A DNA stretch of 64,000 bases from contig OZ024740.1 in the NCBI GenBank assembly GCA_964016885.1, forward strand, positions 340,690,001 through 340,754,000, written 5' to 3'. Made by a program: the position numbers and the translations under genes. The notes under the pieces were generated by a model. That model had not been told where the DNA came from. It ran no database searches and saw nothing but the letters and a program-made list of their open reading frames with translations. Positions 1-12,290 of the stretch are shown piece after piece. Source of the DNA: Eledone cirrhosa. Its lineage: Eukaryota. Position 1 is the stretch's first letter, and each line of letters begins with the position of its first letter.

Positions 1-6
1 GGCGAA
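1..6 (+). CDS. CNEP1R1: CNEP1R1/TMEM188, 3' end of an upstream coding exon (truncated by window)
   Basis: (T)GG CGA A|GTAAGG gives W-R plus a phase-1 donor. It joins 1888 to read [17 protein letters not shown], matching the recalled vertebrate WRMLLIVVSVCTATGAW. Confidence 0.7.
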
Positions 7-77
7 GTAAGGCGATAATTTAAGTTCTTGTAGTGTTTCTCCTATTTTCTCACAAAATTTCTGCCAACCTGAAATTA

Positions 78-272
78 CTAATACTAATAATTGTTTCTAA
101 CTTTGGCACAAGAGATGGTAAAAATTAATTGTATCAATCTTTGTACTTGATCTCCAAAGGATGACAGGCAAAGTTGACCTCAGCAGGATTTGAACTTAGA
201 ATGTAAAGAGCCAGAACAAATACTACTAAACATTTGTCCAATGTTCTATTGATATTGCCAATCTACTGCCAT
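78..272 (-). mobile_element. tRNA-derived SINE, family A (degraded)
   Basis: Shares ggatga-aggcaaagttgacctc-ggatttgaact body and (AAT) tail with copies at 20099, 36411, 46197, 50617 and 61592. Confidence 0.75.
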
Positions 273-1074
273 TAATGGTTTCTAATGTTGGCACAAAAAC
301 AATTAGTATACACACACAGTACACACAGTTACACCACTGTAAACACTCATTCCTGCAACATATGCAGCCGTACCACATGCAGTTGATGCTCCTCAACCAT
401 ACACACCAACACCACTGAGAGACCTATACACTCAGTCACTATTATTGCATTCATAACTTCATGCAGCTATAAAAACACCTGTGCATTTATCCACATCCAC
501 CCTCCTGATGTCACCCCTCTACCTAATTAAAACATTTTTTTGTTTCTTCTTTTTCTCTTGTTTCCTCATTTCTTTCCAATATGTTGAAGAAACTTCTTTT
601 TTCCTTTCACAACTGTTAACCTAATAACATCTTTTGTAATTTGTTCTGTTTTGGTTTTCAATGCTTTTCATTGTCCATCTCTCTCTCTCTCTCTCTCTCT
701 CTGTGGTGCTGAGACCACTAACCATGGGAGTACTTAATGCATGGGGAGATGTAAGTGGGTATAGAGATATTTAAAATCCTGACTGTGGCCCTGCACTTGG
801 GATTTTACATCTCTCTCTCTCCCTCTAATCATCATTTAATTCCTGCTTTCACTGATATATACAAGAGGGTATGTGTGCATGGGTATTTGTCTCTTTTCTT
901 CACTTTGTATTTTATATTGAACTATGCACTGTATGTGTGTATGCTTGTTTGAATTTGTCTCCTCTTTTTTCTTCACTTAGTATTGATATTGAACTGTGCA
1001 CTTGACATGTATGAAACCTCTTTTAGTTTCAACAGTATTTAAGTTTGAAGTAAATTAAACTTCATCTTTTCCAT

Positions 1075-1578
1075 GTGTTCCTCTCTATAACAGCATCTCA
1101 TCATTTGTTGCATTTCTTCATCTCCTTTATAAGTTTTAGCATCCACTGCCTGGCAACTGACTTGGTAGACACCCACAAGAGTATTAACCATCTTTCCAAC
1201 AACAGCCCTGGGCACCTTTTTGAATTCCATGTGTGTAACACCTGTGGACATGCTTACAAAATCAGAAAACAGCACAGCTCCCATGATTTCTGGAAACATT
1301 TTTTTCACACTCAGAGTTGCTGAAGCTTGAGGACGACAGTTGTTAGCCGTCGAGACACTGCATCCTTCAAAACTTCCATGCTTCCCGAAATTCACCAACA
1401 CTACATCTGATATTTCTTTTCAATACACACGCACACACGTGTGTGTGTGTGTGTATATATCATGACTTGTACACTGTTCACTTTCCTGACTTTTGTACAT
1501 TATTCTATGTACTATACATGCACTTTTGATGATTTGTGCACCTGAATACTGTACACAATAATTTTCATTATAATTATC
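1075..1578 (+). mobile_element. CR1 LINE 3' fragment
   Basis: HAYKIRKQHSSHDF C-terminal motif and 3'UTR near-identical to 9200-9637; degenerate (ATT) tail. Confidence 0.9.
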
Positions 1579-1887
1579 ATCCTGAGATCACCTTTCACTA
1601 TTTCTGCCTGTATTTTCCTTGGTTTTTCTCTTCCATGGCTTGGAACTCCTTCTTTACCAAATTAATCCATATGTATTAATGTAATTACCAGCGCAGTTTT
1701 CCTTCATGCACACAGCATATGATTCCTTTTTTACTTAGTTTTTCTTTTAACTTATCTGTGCTTTATTGTTCATGCACCCTAACATTGCACATCCAACTAA
1801 GTATGCTCACTTCATTTCTTTCCAGCCTCAGCATTCACAGCCTACGTCTAACTACCATACAACTTATTCTTACAATTCTTTTTGCAG

Positions 1888-2071
1888 TTATTCTAATCAT
1901 CATTTCAATATGCACAGCCATTGGAGCATGGACCTGGTTGTGGGATCCTGCCACTGCTCAGATATCATTCATCCAGTCTCTGTGGAATCATCCTTTCTTC
2001 ACTATCAGCTGTATTACACTTTTTGCTCTTTTCATGTGTGGCATACATAAGAGAATCGTTGCACCATCTAT
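1888..2071 (+). CDS. CNEP1R1: CNEP1R1/TMEM188 (CTDNEP1 regulatory subunit, Spo7-like) internal exon with two TM segments
   Basis: Acceptor ttttgcag. Encodes [60 protein letters not shown], with the [12 protein letters not shown] and GIHKRxVAPS signatures. Donor GTATCCTT. Confidence 0.95.
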
Positions 2072-4569
2072 GTATCCTTGACAAATTTATGTCATGTGTT
2101 TTGTCATTCTATGTACTGTATAATACAACAAATTTTGAACTAGAATTAAGGACAAAAATAAGAGTCATATTAAACATGAGTACACATTTTCTGAAATTTT
2201 TACTGAGTGTAAAAATAATCATTTCAAATGGCAAGATTGCAAATACATGTTGATAGCCATTGTTTACAAATGGTATTTGATATATCAGCAATATTTATTT
2301 GGGAAGCAGTATAATTGAATATCGTTTGTCTAATAAAATGACTACATAAGATCTGCCATGTTTTGATAACATTATTGTTACAACCGAGGCCTAACTATTG
2401 TTCAAATATATACTTTTTTTTGATAATTCTGGAAAGTTCTTGATAAGGCTATGCAATTGTTTTGTGGGAGGTCTGTTGTGTGTGAATTACATCTGTGTAC
2501 TGAAGATGTACATTGACACAGTTGATGTTAAAGTGACTGAAAGTAGGTTAATATGTAGAAAGAAGAGTGTAGGAAACAGCTGAACCTTGGTTTACACCAC
2601 AGTTAATGATTTGGGTTGGAGAGAACCCTGTTATCACAAGCTGCAAGGGTGTAGTTAGACAGAAAACCTCAAATTCAAGAGATGAGTGATAGAATCCACA
2701 AACAACCAACTTTATTAGATGGTTTTCATGTTAGATAAAATTGGAAACTGCTTTATATCAAGTGTAATAATATTATTTTCACCAAAGTTCTTAAAGTTTC
2801 AAGATGATTGGTGTATGATGTATTAGAACAGGTCTCTGGAAATTCTGGATCTATGAAATTATACAACTAGTTTACTGAAGAGAGGAAGAGACTCAAGATT
2901 ATGAATGAAGTGGTTGTGTATGACTGAGTCCATAATGTATAAGATGGTGGAAGTGATTATTTAAATTGTGTTTGGATTTACAATTTTTCCAGGATTTAAG
3001 GCTTTAGTGGTATTTATTTATTCAATTTAAACGTCTGTAGAGTGTTAGTAAGCCATGACAGACTAGGGAAAGTGTTGAGTACACCTTTCAGTTGGTAATC
3101 AAAAAGAACTAGTGAGACAAGTAATAAAAAGATTTTTTTAAGGGGAAATAAAATTAAAAAAATAAAATAAAAATAAGATTCAGATATTGAAGGCCATAGG
3201 CAGATTATGCATAAGAAAAGGAAAAAAAAACAAAACAAAGGGAAGCTGTACAACAGCTAGAAGTTTCTGTTGTTAAATCCTTTTGTAGTTTCCATGTATT
3301 CAAAGATTTAGTTTATATTTGGAGCATGTATCCATAGATTTGGAAAGATAAATGTAGATAAAGAAAGATTGCAAAGTTTAGTGGGGCTAAGAGCTAACCT
3401 TAGATTGCCCTGTTTGAATGTGATTGAGGGGACAATGTCAGTACCAGTCCCAGAGTAGACGTGTGAGTGTCGTTGAAGTTGTATGCAGGCCAGACCAAAA
3501 TCAGGGCTAGGTGGGTCAGTTGGTATGCCTCTATGGTTTGAAGGGGCAGGGGTCACTCTTCTCCAATTCTAGTATTTTTACTTTTAAGTACATCATGTAG
3601 ACTACATGTACATGTATTTTATACCCACAGCCCAAAGGTAAATAATATGTATTTAGTAACGATTACTAATGAGCTGTTTGAAACAGGGTCTATATTTCAC
3701 ATCTGGTCTGGACCTGTTTCTAGTTTTATACAAGCTTGGTTATATGTAAGAGTTTAATGTAAACAAGGTTAGAATTGTCTGCAAATACAGTGTAAGATCT
3801 ATTTTCAGTTACTGCTTAAGGCAATAACACAAAATTATACTGTTATTTAAATATCTCACATTTATTTTACAAAAATTCAAGAGTTCAGCCAACTCTATTT
3901 ACATACCAAAGTATATTTAATACTTTGGTATGTAAATTGTTTAACTTTGGATTGAATAGATATTGATAGAACCTAAAAGTATCTTAGGTACTGGATATTT
4001 TTTAAAGTCACATATTCTGCAAGGCAATAAAATTACAGACTGAAACACCATGGTATTTTACAATTAATTCTGAGCATCTGAAAGATCCAAAATATGTTGA
4101 TGTTTTTAACTATTTTAGTTACAGAGAGAAAGGCAGTATCTATGACCTTTTATAGGGCATCCGAGACTGGTGGGAGGGAAGGTAAGAGTGGAATCTGTTA
4201 AAGGTACCACAGAGCCAGATGGTGGGTTGTTAAATTAGGTGATGGTTTAAGTCCACCACCCAAGTAAATCACAGTAGGAGTTGAACTTAGAACACAGAGG
4301 GTCAGAATAAATGCTGCAACACATCTCTGGTGCTTAAAAATTCTGCCAATCCACAGTCCTGCAATGTTACTTTATTTTATCGACCTGAAAAGGTTGAAAG
4401 CAAAGTTGACTTCAGTAAGATTTGAGTACAGAGAACAAATAGAAGGCATTTTGCCTATAACTGCTCTAATGACTATCAATTTGTTGTCTCCTATAAACCA
4501 TTTTATTTCTGGATGAATTTGTTTCAGGATATTTTTTATAAATTTTTGTCATCCTTAACTCTGTCAAAG
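2072..4569 (+). other. U12-type (minor spliceosome) GT-AG intron of CNEP1R1
   Basis: 5'SS GTATCCTTG; branch site TCCTTAAC at 4552-4559, 10 nt before the AG end; no polypyrimidine tract. The phase-2 join restores the frame. Confidence 0.93.
4140..4480 (-). mobile_element. Two degraded tRNA-SINE copies (family A-like)
   Basis: tactttattttatcgacc...gcaaagttgac...gatttgag and ggagttgaacttagaac motifs. Confidence 0.6.
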
Positions 4570-4624
4570 TGTTGCTTCTCGATGTCGGCAAGTTCTTTCA
4601 GATTATAACATGTCGTGTGATGAA
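4570..4624 (+). CDS. CNEP1R1: CNEP1R1 55-nt internal exon
   Basis: (I)VASRCRQVLSDYNMSCDE matches the recalled IAARCRTVLAEYNMSCDD; donor GTAAGT at 4625. Not in the ORF track. Confidence 0.93.
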
Positions 4625-5481
4625 GTAAGTATTTCATTCAAGTTTTCTTCTTTTTTTTTTATTTTCAGCATATTTTTTTTATCTGTTTATATAAGTCCCT
4701 GTCTACCTTTTTAAAAAATCTATTACTGTTTTTCTTACTGAACATAAAAAATGGCGACAAGGAAGGACGTTTGACCACGTCTTGACCAAACAAAATATCA
4801 CCAAAAACTGCCTTTAAACACATGTCAGATGGATTACAATATTCATTATTACAAATACTTTGACTGTTCCCTGACAACTAATACCAGCTTCAACATAGAA
4901 TTATTTTAACAAAGTACATTTGATTTGATTTGATTTTCGCCAACAAACCACGTGTGGACATGGACGGGGAAAATAAACAACAAATCACTACATCCCTTAT
5001 GGATCGGAGTAAGTACTTCACAAAATCTATAAACAACAATATACACATAAATCTATATACAGATACATACCACATGCATATACACACAAGTGAAAAGAAA
5101 CCACACTACTTCGTGTGAGACACTATACCGGCCAATCTTACGTACATTTGTAAAATATCTCTGAACATTGACTTTGCTTCTAACCCACATACACCTTTTA
5201 ATTATATATATATAATTATATATTCGTGTGCAGATCTTGTTGCATACACACACACATAATACATAGGAAAACAGAAATACAAAAACAAAACATAAACAAA
5301 CATTTATCTCGTTAACTTACGCAGCATATTTATTTGTTTCATGCACAGACTCTTCTGTACACACACACATTTAGGAAAACGGAAACAAAATACACAAAAA
5401 AACAAATAGAAAACACATTTTATTTCTATCGTAATCAAGTGCGCTAAACCTATATTGTTTACATTCTGTGTTTTTCTACGG

Positions 5482-6673
5482 ATGGGCAGAAATAACAAAA
5501 TTGCCATGGTGATATCCATCGATGAAGTATGCGACAAAACTGGTCGATGTTCCAAAATAGAACATTGCCCAGAAAACCACATCTGCCATATTTGTACGGA
5601 ACCCGAAAACTCGTTCCGTAATCGCTGGGTCAAATGTGGAACCTGTCGCATCTCTGTCTGCCTTCAATGCGCCACAGGCTTCCGGAGGATCCCAGGCCAA
5701 AAAAAGAGACATCATAATGCTATGATGGATGGAATATGGGAGATGGTCTAGCTAAAATCCTGGTCCTTTCAGTGCCTGGCCTGTGTGCCTGCCTCAACTA
5801 ATGTTATTGAAAAACAACAACAACAAAAACCGATGACTGTATCTTCCTCCACCATTGTTACTGAACAACGGCAAAAACCTATGACACTGGCTTCTACTGC
5901 TATTCCTGTGGGAGAACATCAGAAACAACAACAACCCATGTCTTCCGCTCCCAGTACATCTCGACACCAACAACCTGCGACTGTCTTCCCCTACCATTCC
6001 CGTGGAGAAACATCATCATCACCAACAACAACAACCGACCAGTACAGATTTTCCAGAATTGCAACTAATGATTTCTGCTTTAAGAAGGGAAGTAACAGGA
6101 ATAAAGGCAAGCATTCGGGTAGGACCCCACAATGAGGGGTCTTATCGGAATGCCTTGCTAAAGAATCTCCCTGTACCTCTTGCTGTATCTGGGCACACTG
6201 AGAAGACTGCGGAATCTGCTACCCATGAAGTAATTGCCATTGGGGTACCAGAGGACAAGGCTGATCTTCAGGCATTTGCTGCCAGCTCAGCCAAAGACCT
6301 AGGCTGTGTTCCCCCAAAGGGTGCTCTCCACCTTGGTCGACCTGGTCCAAATCCCAGACTCATCAGGCTGTCTTTTTCGGACCCCGCTGAGGCAATCTCA
6401 TACCATCTGGCCTCTGTTAAAGCTGGGCGTGAAAATCAGATTGCCTTCCGAACACGCCCAGGCCTCCCACCCCATGTACGTCCAAAGCTACGTGCTGCAG
6501 CTTCCTTGAATCGGAACTCAGCACAACATGAAAGTTTTAGTCTGCGTGATGATGGACAGATCTGGAGGTTTGTTAAGGCTGGTGAAACGTGGAAGAGAGA
6601 TACCAGCTGGTCTGAGTGTGCTCTACCCACAATAACTGGCAATGAAAAAACTGCAACAACTCTGGGAAACTAA
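5482..6673 (+). pseudogene. CR1 ORF1 (PHD-like finger, Q/T-rich linker, coiled coil, RRM-like region), disrupted
   Basis: ATG 5482; CHIC..CGTC..CLQC..WSFQCLAC; in-frame TAG at 5749; one frameshift near 6020-6050; ends LGN* at 6673. Confidence 0.8.
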
Positions 6674-9477
6674 ACCAGAACAACCTGCCACCCTCTACAC
6701 ACCATCATAAACTGCAAGCAGGGTACAAATTGTTGTCCTTAAATGCTCACAGTTTATGCAACAAGATACATCTGTTTGACTCCTACGTCAGAAGCATCGA
6801 CCCTGACTTCATCACAGTCACGGAAACATGGGCACATTCCTTACTCTGTGATGGGGTTTTCAGCATTACTGGGTACAACCTTTTCCGCAAGGACCGCATT
6901 AATCGCCGTGGTGGTGGTGTGATGGTCTACGTTCGTTCAAACTTTTCGGTAATTCCTTGCGTTGATTTGAACGAATCACAAGAAGTTTTTTTTTGTGACA
7001 TACGTATGACCATGTCAACATTTCTGCTTGGTGTTGTTTATCGCCCCCCCCAAACTACCATCAGGACACACAGCTTTGCGATATCCTCAGAGTTGCTGCC
7101 AAGAAAACAGCCACTTATGTGTTTATTGCAGGTGACTTCAATCATCCTGAGATCGATTGGGAAACCTTTCGTTGGCCACAAGGTGCAAACGATTTCCTTC
7201 AACTAGTGCTGGACTCAAACTGGTCACAAGTAGTCACCTCTCCAACAAGAGGTGACAACACTTTGGACCTGATCTTCACCACTACTCCTGAAGTGATTAT
7301 CAGTTGTACTACTGAGGAACCTCTAGGCGACTCTGATCATGCTATGATCATTGCCAATCTGGCTCTTGCGGGCAGCAACAAAAACCAGAGCCATCTCCAA
7401 TCTGCTTGCTTTGATTGGAAGAGGGCAGATTGGAACTTGTACTGCACTGAGCTACAGCACCCAAATTGGCATGAGATGTATAACTCTGGAGATGTGAACA
7501 CTATACTCCAGAGCATCCTGGACTCAATATGGATAGCGTGTGCAGCATCGGTGCCACGTAAGCAAAAAAAAAAACACCCCAAAAGTGCAATTTGGGAAAC
7601 TTCAGCGGTCCGACTTGCCAGGAAAGAACGTCGGAACGCTGAACGGGAATATAAACTGCATAAATCAGATGCCAACAGAAAAAAGCAGAATAAATCTTCT
7701 AACTATCTCAAGCAAGTGACAAAGAAGGCAGTGCTTGAATTTGAACAGTGCATAGCAACCAATCCTGGTTCTGGAAATATGTTAATTCAAAGCAGAGACC
7801 TCACTCTCCAGTTGGTCCTCTTCGCAATCCCCACACAAGCCAGATCACTGACGATCCCAAAGAATGCGCAGAACTCATTGCTGAGTGCTATGCAAGTATT
7901 TTTACTGTTGAAAACCAGAATGTACCATCTCCACCATCTCTAACATCAAATTCCATAACAACTATGGAATTTACACCTGCAATGTTGCGACGTCACCTTA
8001 AGAATAAGCGCAACTATGCCTCCCCTGGTCTTGATGGTGTTACATACCTGCTTCTAAAACGTGGCGGGTATTTCCTTTTGCGCCAGCTTTCTTTCTTCTT
8101 TCAATACTGTCTCAACAATGGTGCTACTCTGGAGCAGTGGAAAACTGCCAGTGTCATTCCCCTGTTCAAAAAGGGCAACTGCATGTCACCTGTCAACTAT
8201 CGTCCAGTCAGTATTACTAGCTGTATGACCAAACTGATGGAATCCTGTGTCAGAGAAACACTTTGGAACTTCTGGAGCTTTCACAGCCTCATCCGGCCCT
8301 CACAGTTTGGATTTATCCCTAACTCCAGCTGCTGTGATCAGCTTATCGAGTTCCTTGAAGACATCACCCGGATCACTGACAGCGGTTCATGGGTGGATGT
8401 TGTTTACCTTGACTTTGCCAAGGCTTTTAATTCTGTGCCACACAAAAGACTTATGGCAAAACTCTCTGCAATGGGTGTGAGGGATGATCTTTTCGACTGG
8501 TTGAAATCCTTCATTCTCAACCGAAAAGAGGTAGTCACGGTTCTAGGACAGCATTCTTCACCATATGAGATGTCATCTGGTGTACCACAGGGATCTGTTC
8601 TTGGTCCCCTTTTGTTTGTGGCATATATTAATGACATAGATGCCAACTTACAGAATGCCACGGTACTGAAATATGCAGATGACATCAAGCTGTACCTTGA
8701 AATCAAAAGGACTGATCCTGAAATTTACAACTCTTTCCTACAATCAGACCTGGACACAATGCAGCAATGGATCACAGACTGGCAACTGAAGCTGGCTGTG
8801 GACAAGTGTACCACCATGCATTTTGGAAGGAAAAATCCAGCGTCCACATACTCCCTCCACAACACTGATATCAAGAAGTCCTCTTGTGAACGTGACCTGG
8901 GCATTACTGTCAGCAGCGATTTGCGTTGGACAAAGCATGTCTCTAAGATTGTCAAGAAGGCCGAGGGTGTCTTGGCATCACTCAGCAAGACCTTTGTTAG
9001 CCGCTCTCCAGCCATCTATTTAAAACTGTATACAGCTATGGTACGACCACACTTGGAATTCGCATCATCAGTCTGGAACCCCTATCTAACATTGACCTCC
9101 TGGAAACTGTTCAGAGACGTGCAACCAAGCGCATACCCTCCATCAGACACCTACCATACTCTGAACGCCTTGCTTCTCTGGGCATGGATTCATTGAAGCT
9201 CCGACGTCTGGCAATGGACTTGGTAAATACCCACAAATTTATTAACCATTTCGCCAATTGCAACCCTGAGCACCTTTTTGATCTCCATGTGTCTAACACA
9301 CGTAGACATGCCTACAAAATCAGAAAACAGCACAGCTCCCATGACTTTCGTAGACATTTTTTCATGCTCAGAGTTGCTGAAGCATGGAACAAACTGCCTG
9401 TGTCAGTTGTTAGCTGCCGAGACACTGCATCCTTTAAGACACTCATGCTTCCCGAAATACGCCAAAACTACACCTGA
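6664..9477 (+). pseudogene. CR1 ORF2 (APE endonuclease + reverse transcriptase) with three frameshifts
   Basis: APE motifs LNAHSL, VTETW, YRPP, AGDFN, LDL, SDH; RT motifs NYRPVS, YLDFAKAF, GVPQGSVLGP, YADD; CR1 C-terminus RVAEAWNKLP. Shifts near 7050, 7760 and 9088. Confidence 0.95.
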
Positions 9478-9747
9478 TTATACCCCTTCCATACACATGC
9501 ACACGTGTGTATCATGACTCTTGCACTGTTCATTTTCCTGATGTTTGTACATTATCCTATGTACTATACATACACTTTTTGATGAGTTGTAGTGCACCTG
9601 AGCACTGTACACAATATTTCATTATTATTATTATTATATATTTACCTTATCTATCATTCTATCTGTCTTTCTGTCTCTATGGCCTCTATCTTTCTCTAAG
9701 TTTATAGAATGATTTCACAAGTCATATCTTTAAATGATTTTTCTTTT

Positions 9748-10006
9748 AATAATAATAATAATGAAAATATTGTGTATAGTGCTCAGGTGCACCACAACTC
9801 ATCAAAAGTGTATGTATAGTACATATGGTAATGTACAAACGTCAGGAAAATGAACATGTGTGCATGTGTATAGAAGGGGGACATCAGGTGTAGTTGTGGC
9901 GAATTTCGGGAATCATGAGGGTTTTAAAGGATGCAGTGTCTCGGCAGCTAACAACTGACACAGGCAATTTGTTCCATGCTTCAGCAACTCTAAGCGTGAA
10001 AAAATG
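9748..10006 (-). mobile_element. CR1 3'-end fragment, inverted relative to the upstream copy
   Basis: Reverse complement of 9355-9637, starting with the (AAT)n tail. Confidence 0.9.
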
Positions 10007-10134
10007 ATTATCTTCTGTATTAAAGATTCTTTGCATGAACTGAAGTTAAGTGATAAGGTTATCTTATTGACAGCCTCCTTTCATATGTTGTTTGTGCATG
10101 TGTGCATGCTTATATATGTGCATTCTGGTGAAGG

Positions 10135-10410
10135 TTAAAGTTAAGTTAATGTCTGTCCCAAGCCAGGAGGTTCATAAGGCCAGAGATCATCTCAGTTCCA
10201 TTGGTGTTAGATAACTGAGAGTACAATACACGGTGCTAATCTATCATAGGTTTAACCTCAGGTGTTGCTGCTGCTACTCCTTTCAGCTGAGTAGATTGGA
10301 GCAACATGAAGTGAAATGTTTTGCTCAAGATCACAATCTACTGCTCATTCTACGAATTGAACATTACGATTTTGAGCCCAACACCCTAAAAAGTAGCCTA
10401 CATACCTTCA
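10135..10410 (-). mobile_element. tRNA-derived SINE, family B (degraded)
   Basis: gagtagattggagcaac..gaaatgttttgctcaagatcacaa..gaattgaac resembles 43545-43862. Confidence 0.65.
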
Positions 10411-10603
10411 CTCTTGTAAAGGCCAAATACCGATAAATATGTTTTGACATAACAATCTATAGCATACTGACATACAGCACATATCTCCTTGTAATGTATA
10501 TTCTTATTTGCCTTTCTCTGCTTTGTTGTGAAAAGTACTTAATAATTGTATCAATCAATTAGTCTAAATTACTATAAATAATTTTTACTTTCTAATTTTT
10601 TAG

Positions 10604-10645
10604 GCAGGCAAGCTGATTCTGCTGAAACCAAGGCCTTCGATATGA
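10604..10645 (+). CDS. CNEP1R1: CNEP1R1 terminal coding exon
   Basis: Acceptor ctaattttttag; AGKLILLKPRPSI* matches the recalled TGKLILKPRPHVQ*. Confidence 0.9.
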   Translation, partial: AGKLILLKPRPSI

Positions 10646-11540
10646 CATATGGAGATTTAGAAATGTTTAATCTTTTAATAACCAAATTCATTATCACTGG
10701 ATTTTCTTTGTGAAATCCTGAATGATTTTGTCATAATATATATTTTTATACACACACATACACATATAGACAGCCATGATTTCTTTATTTTGATAGTGGC
10801 TTGCTAGTTTATGTAATAGCACTTTCAAATATATCATCACCACCACCATCATCATTATATATATTTGAATGCACTAATTTATCAATTATTATGCTACTGT
10901 CAAAATATAAAACCAAAGGCTTTATATCACTAAGAATTAATATTTATCTATTGAATTTATTTAATTGCATACTGCAGTATGTTTCAATTTTGTCAAACAC
11001 ATGTAAAATCATCATTTTATTTCTGTTTTTCATGCTGGCATAGGTTGGAAGAGTCATGGTTTGGGACAAGACATGTCAGACAACCATGTTTTGCTCATAC
11101 ATTCCATATTTTGGTATGGTTTCTATGACTAGTTGCCCTCCCTAACACCAACCACTTTAGAGTATTTAGTTATTAACTATAAAATGAATGTTTGATGATT
11201 ATTTTAGTAAAGTTCTTAGTAAATTAGTTGGGTGCATGTGTTAGGGATTATTTGTAAATTTAGGTGATAAATTCAGAGGTTTTGATGTCTAATGAATTTT
11301 TTTGAGTGGGGATAGAGAACAAAATGAATAAATCTATCTCTTAAAACTACATTTGTATTTTAAAAAAGTATGTGAAGATGTTGCAACTAAAGCAATTACA
11401 TCATGGAAGAGTCATTTTAGCCACTTAAAAACACATTATTTCTTGGTGTCAATTCTTTCGTCACATTGTTTGTACCCTGGACATTGCAACTGATTTGAAA
11501 CTTAGGTACTGGCCAGTTTTTAAGGGCTTTAGATGAAAAT

Positions 11541-12290
11541 TCAATATTGGGTCAGACAAATTGCTGGTACCAACTCTCTTCTCCCTCTCCAGATATCCCT
11601 GTCCTCCATTGCTATTTTCAGGTCTTCGATTGTCAAACCAACATCATTAGTCAGTTGGTCGATATAAGTCATCCAAACATGCCTGATGTGAGATTGTCCA
11701 TGGGCTGGCACCCACAAAAGAAGACTGCTAACAAGCTTGTCTTTGGTTTGATAGCAGTGCCCAGCATATCTCATCCTTCTTACCCTAACTAAAGCTGATA
11801 TAGGAAGGATCTGTCCATATAGCTCTTCTTTCAAGGAATGCTGCTTCCAGGACCTTTTCAGCACTTCACACAGCATTCAGGTGTATGTTCCATCAAGCTT
11901 GTTCTTTAATCTTTGTTTCATTGTCCATGTTAAGGAGCCATACAAAAAAGCCGACTCAACTACATTTTGTTTGGTAGGGAGGACTTTAGATTGACCTGAG
12001 AATATCGAGAGCACTCCCATGCTTTAGTTTTCCGTACAGTTATGTCTTTCTCAGTGGATGAAATATCACTTCCAAGAGAGGTAAATCTTTCAATGTCTTT
12101 TAGAGGTTTTCCATTCGAGACTTTCACTTCACCATTCTCATCGAAGTTCATGACTTCTGTCTTCTTTGTGTTCACATACGATCCTATCATGGCAAAAGAC
12201 TGCTCGAGCACATGCAGGAGTTTTTTGGCATCTGCAACTTTGTCTGCAAATAGAGGTATGTCATGATTTTGAAGTTGCTCCAAGCGGTTG
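11541..12290 (-). mobile_element. Degraded RTE-clade LINE, RT C-terminal half (family lacking the PHD insert)
   Basis: FADK (degenerate YADD), VNTKKTEVM, FTSLGS, RRMRYAGH, AMEDRDIWR. Confidence 0.8.

Larger units (their letters stand above)
4700..9637 (+). mobile_element. Near full-length CR1-clade LINE, sense orientation in the last CNEP1R1 intron (5' boundary approximate)
   Basis: Long 5'UTR, ORF1 (PHD + coiled coil), ORF2 APE + RT, 3'UTR ending in (ATT)n at about 9618-9637. Confidence 0.93.

Noticed and set aside
1719-2081. 120-aa single-exon membrane protein ORF
   Set aside because: Only 1888-2071 is exonic; the rest is intron read-through.
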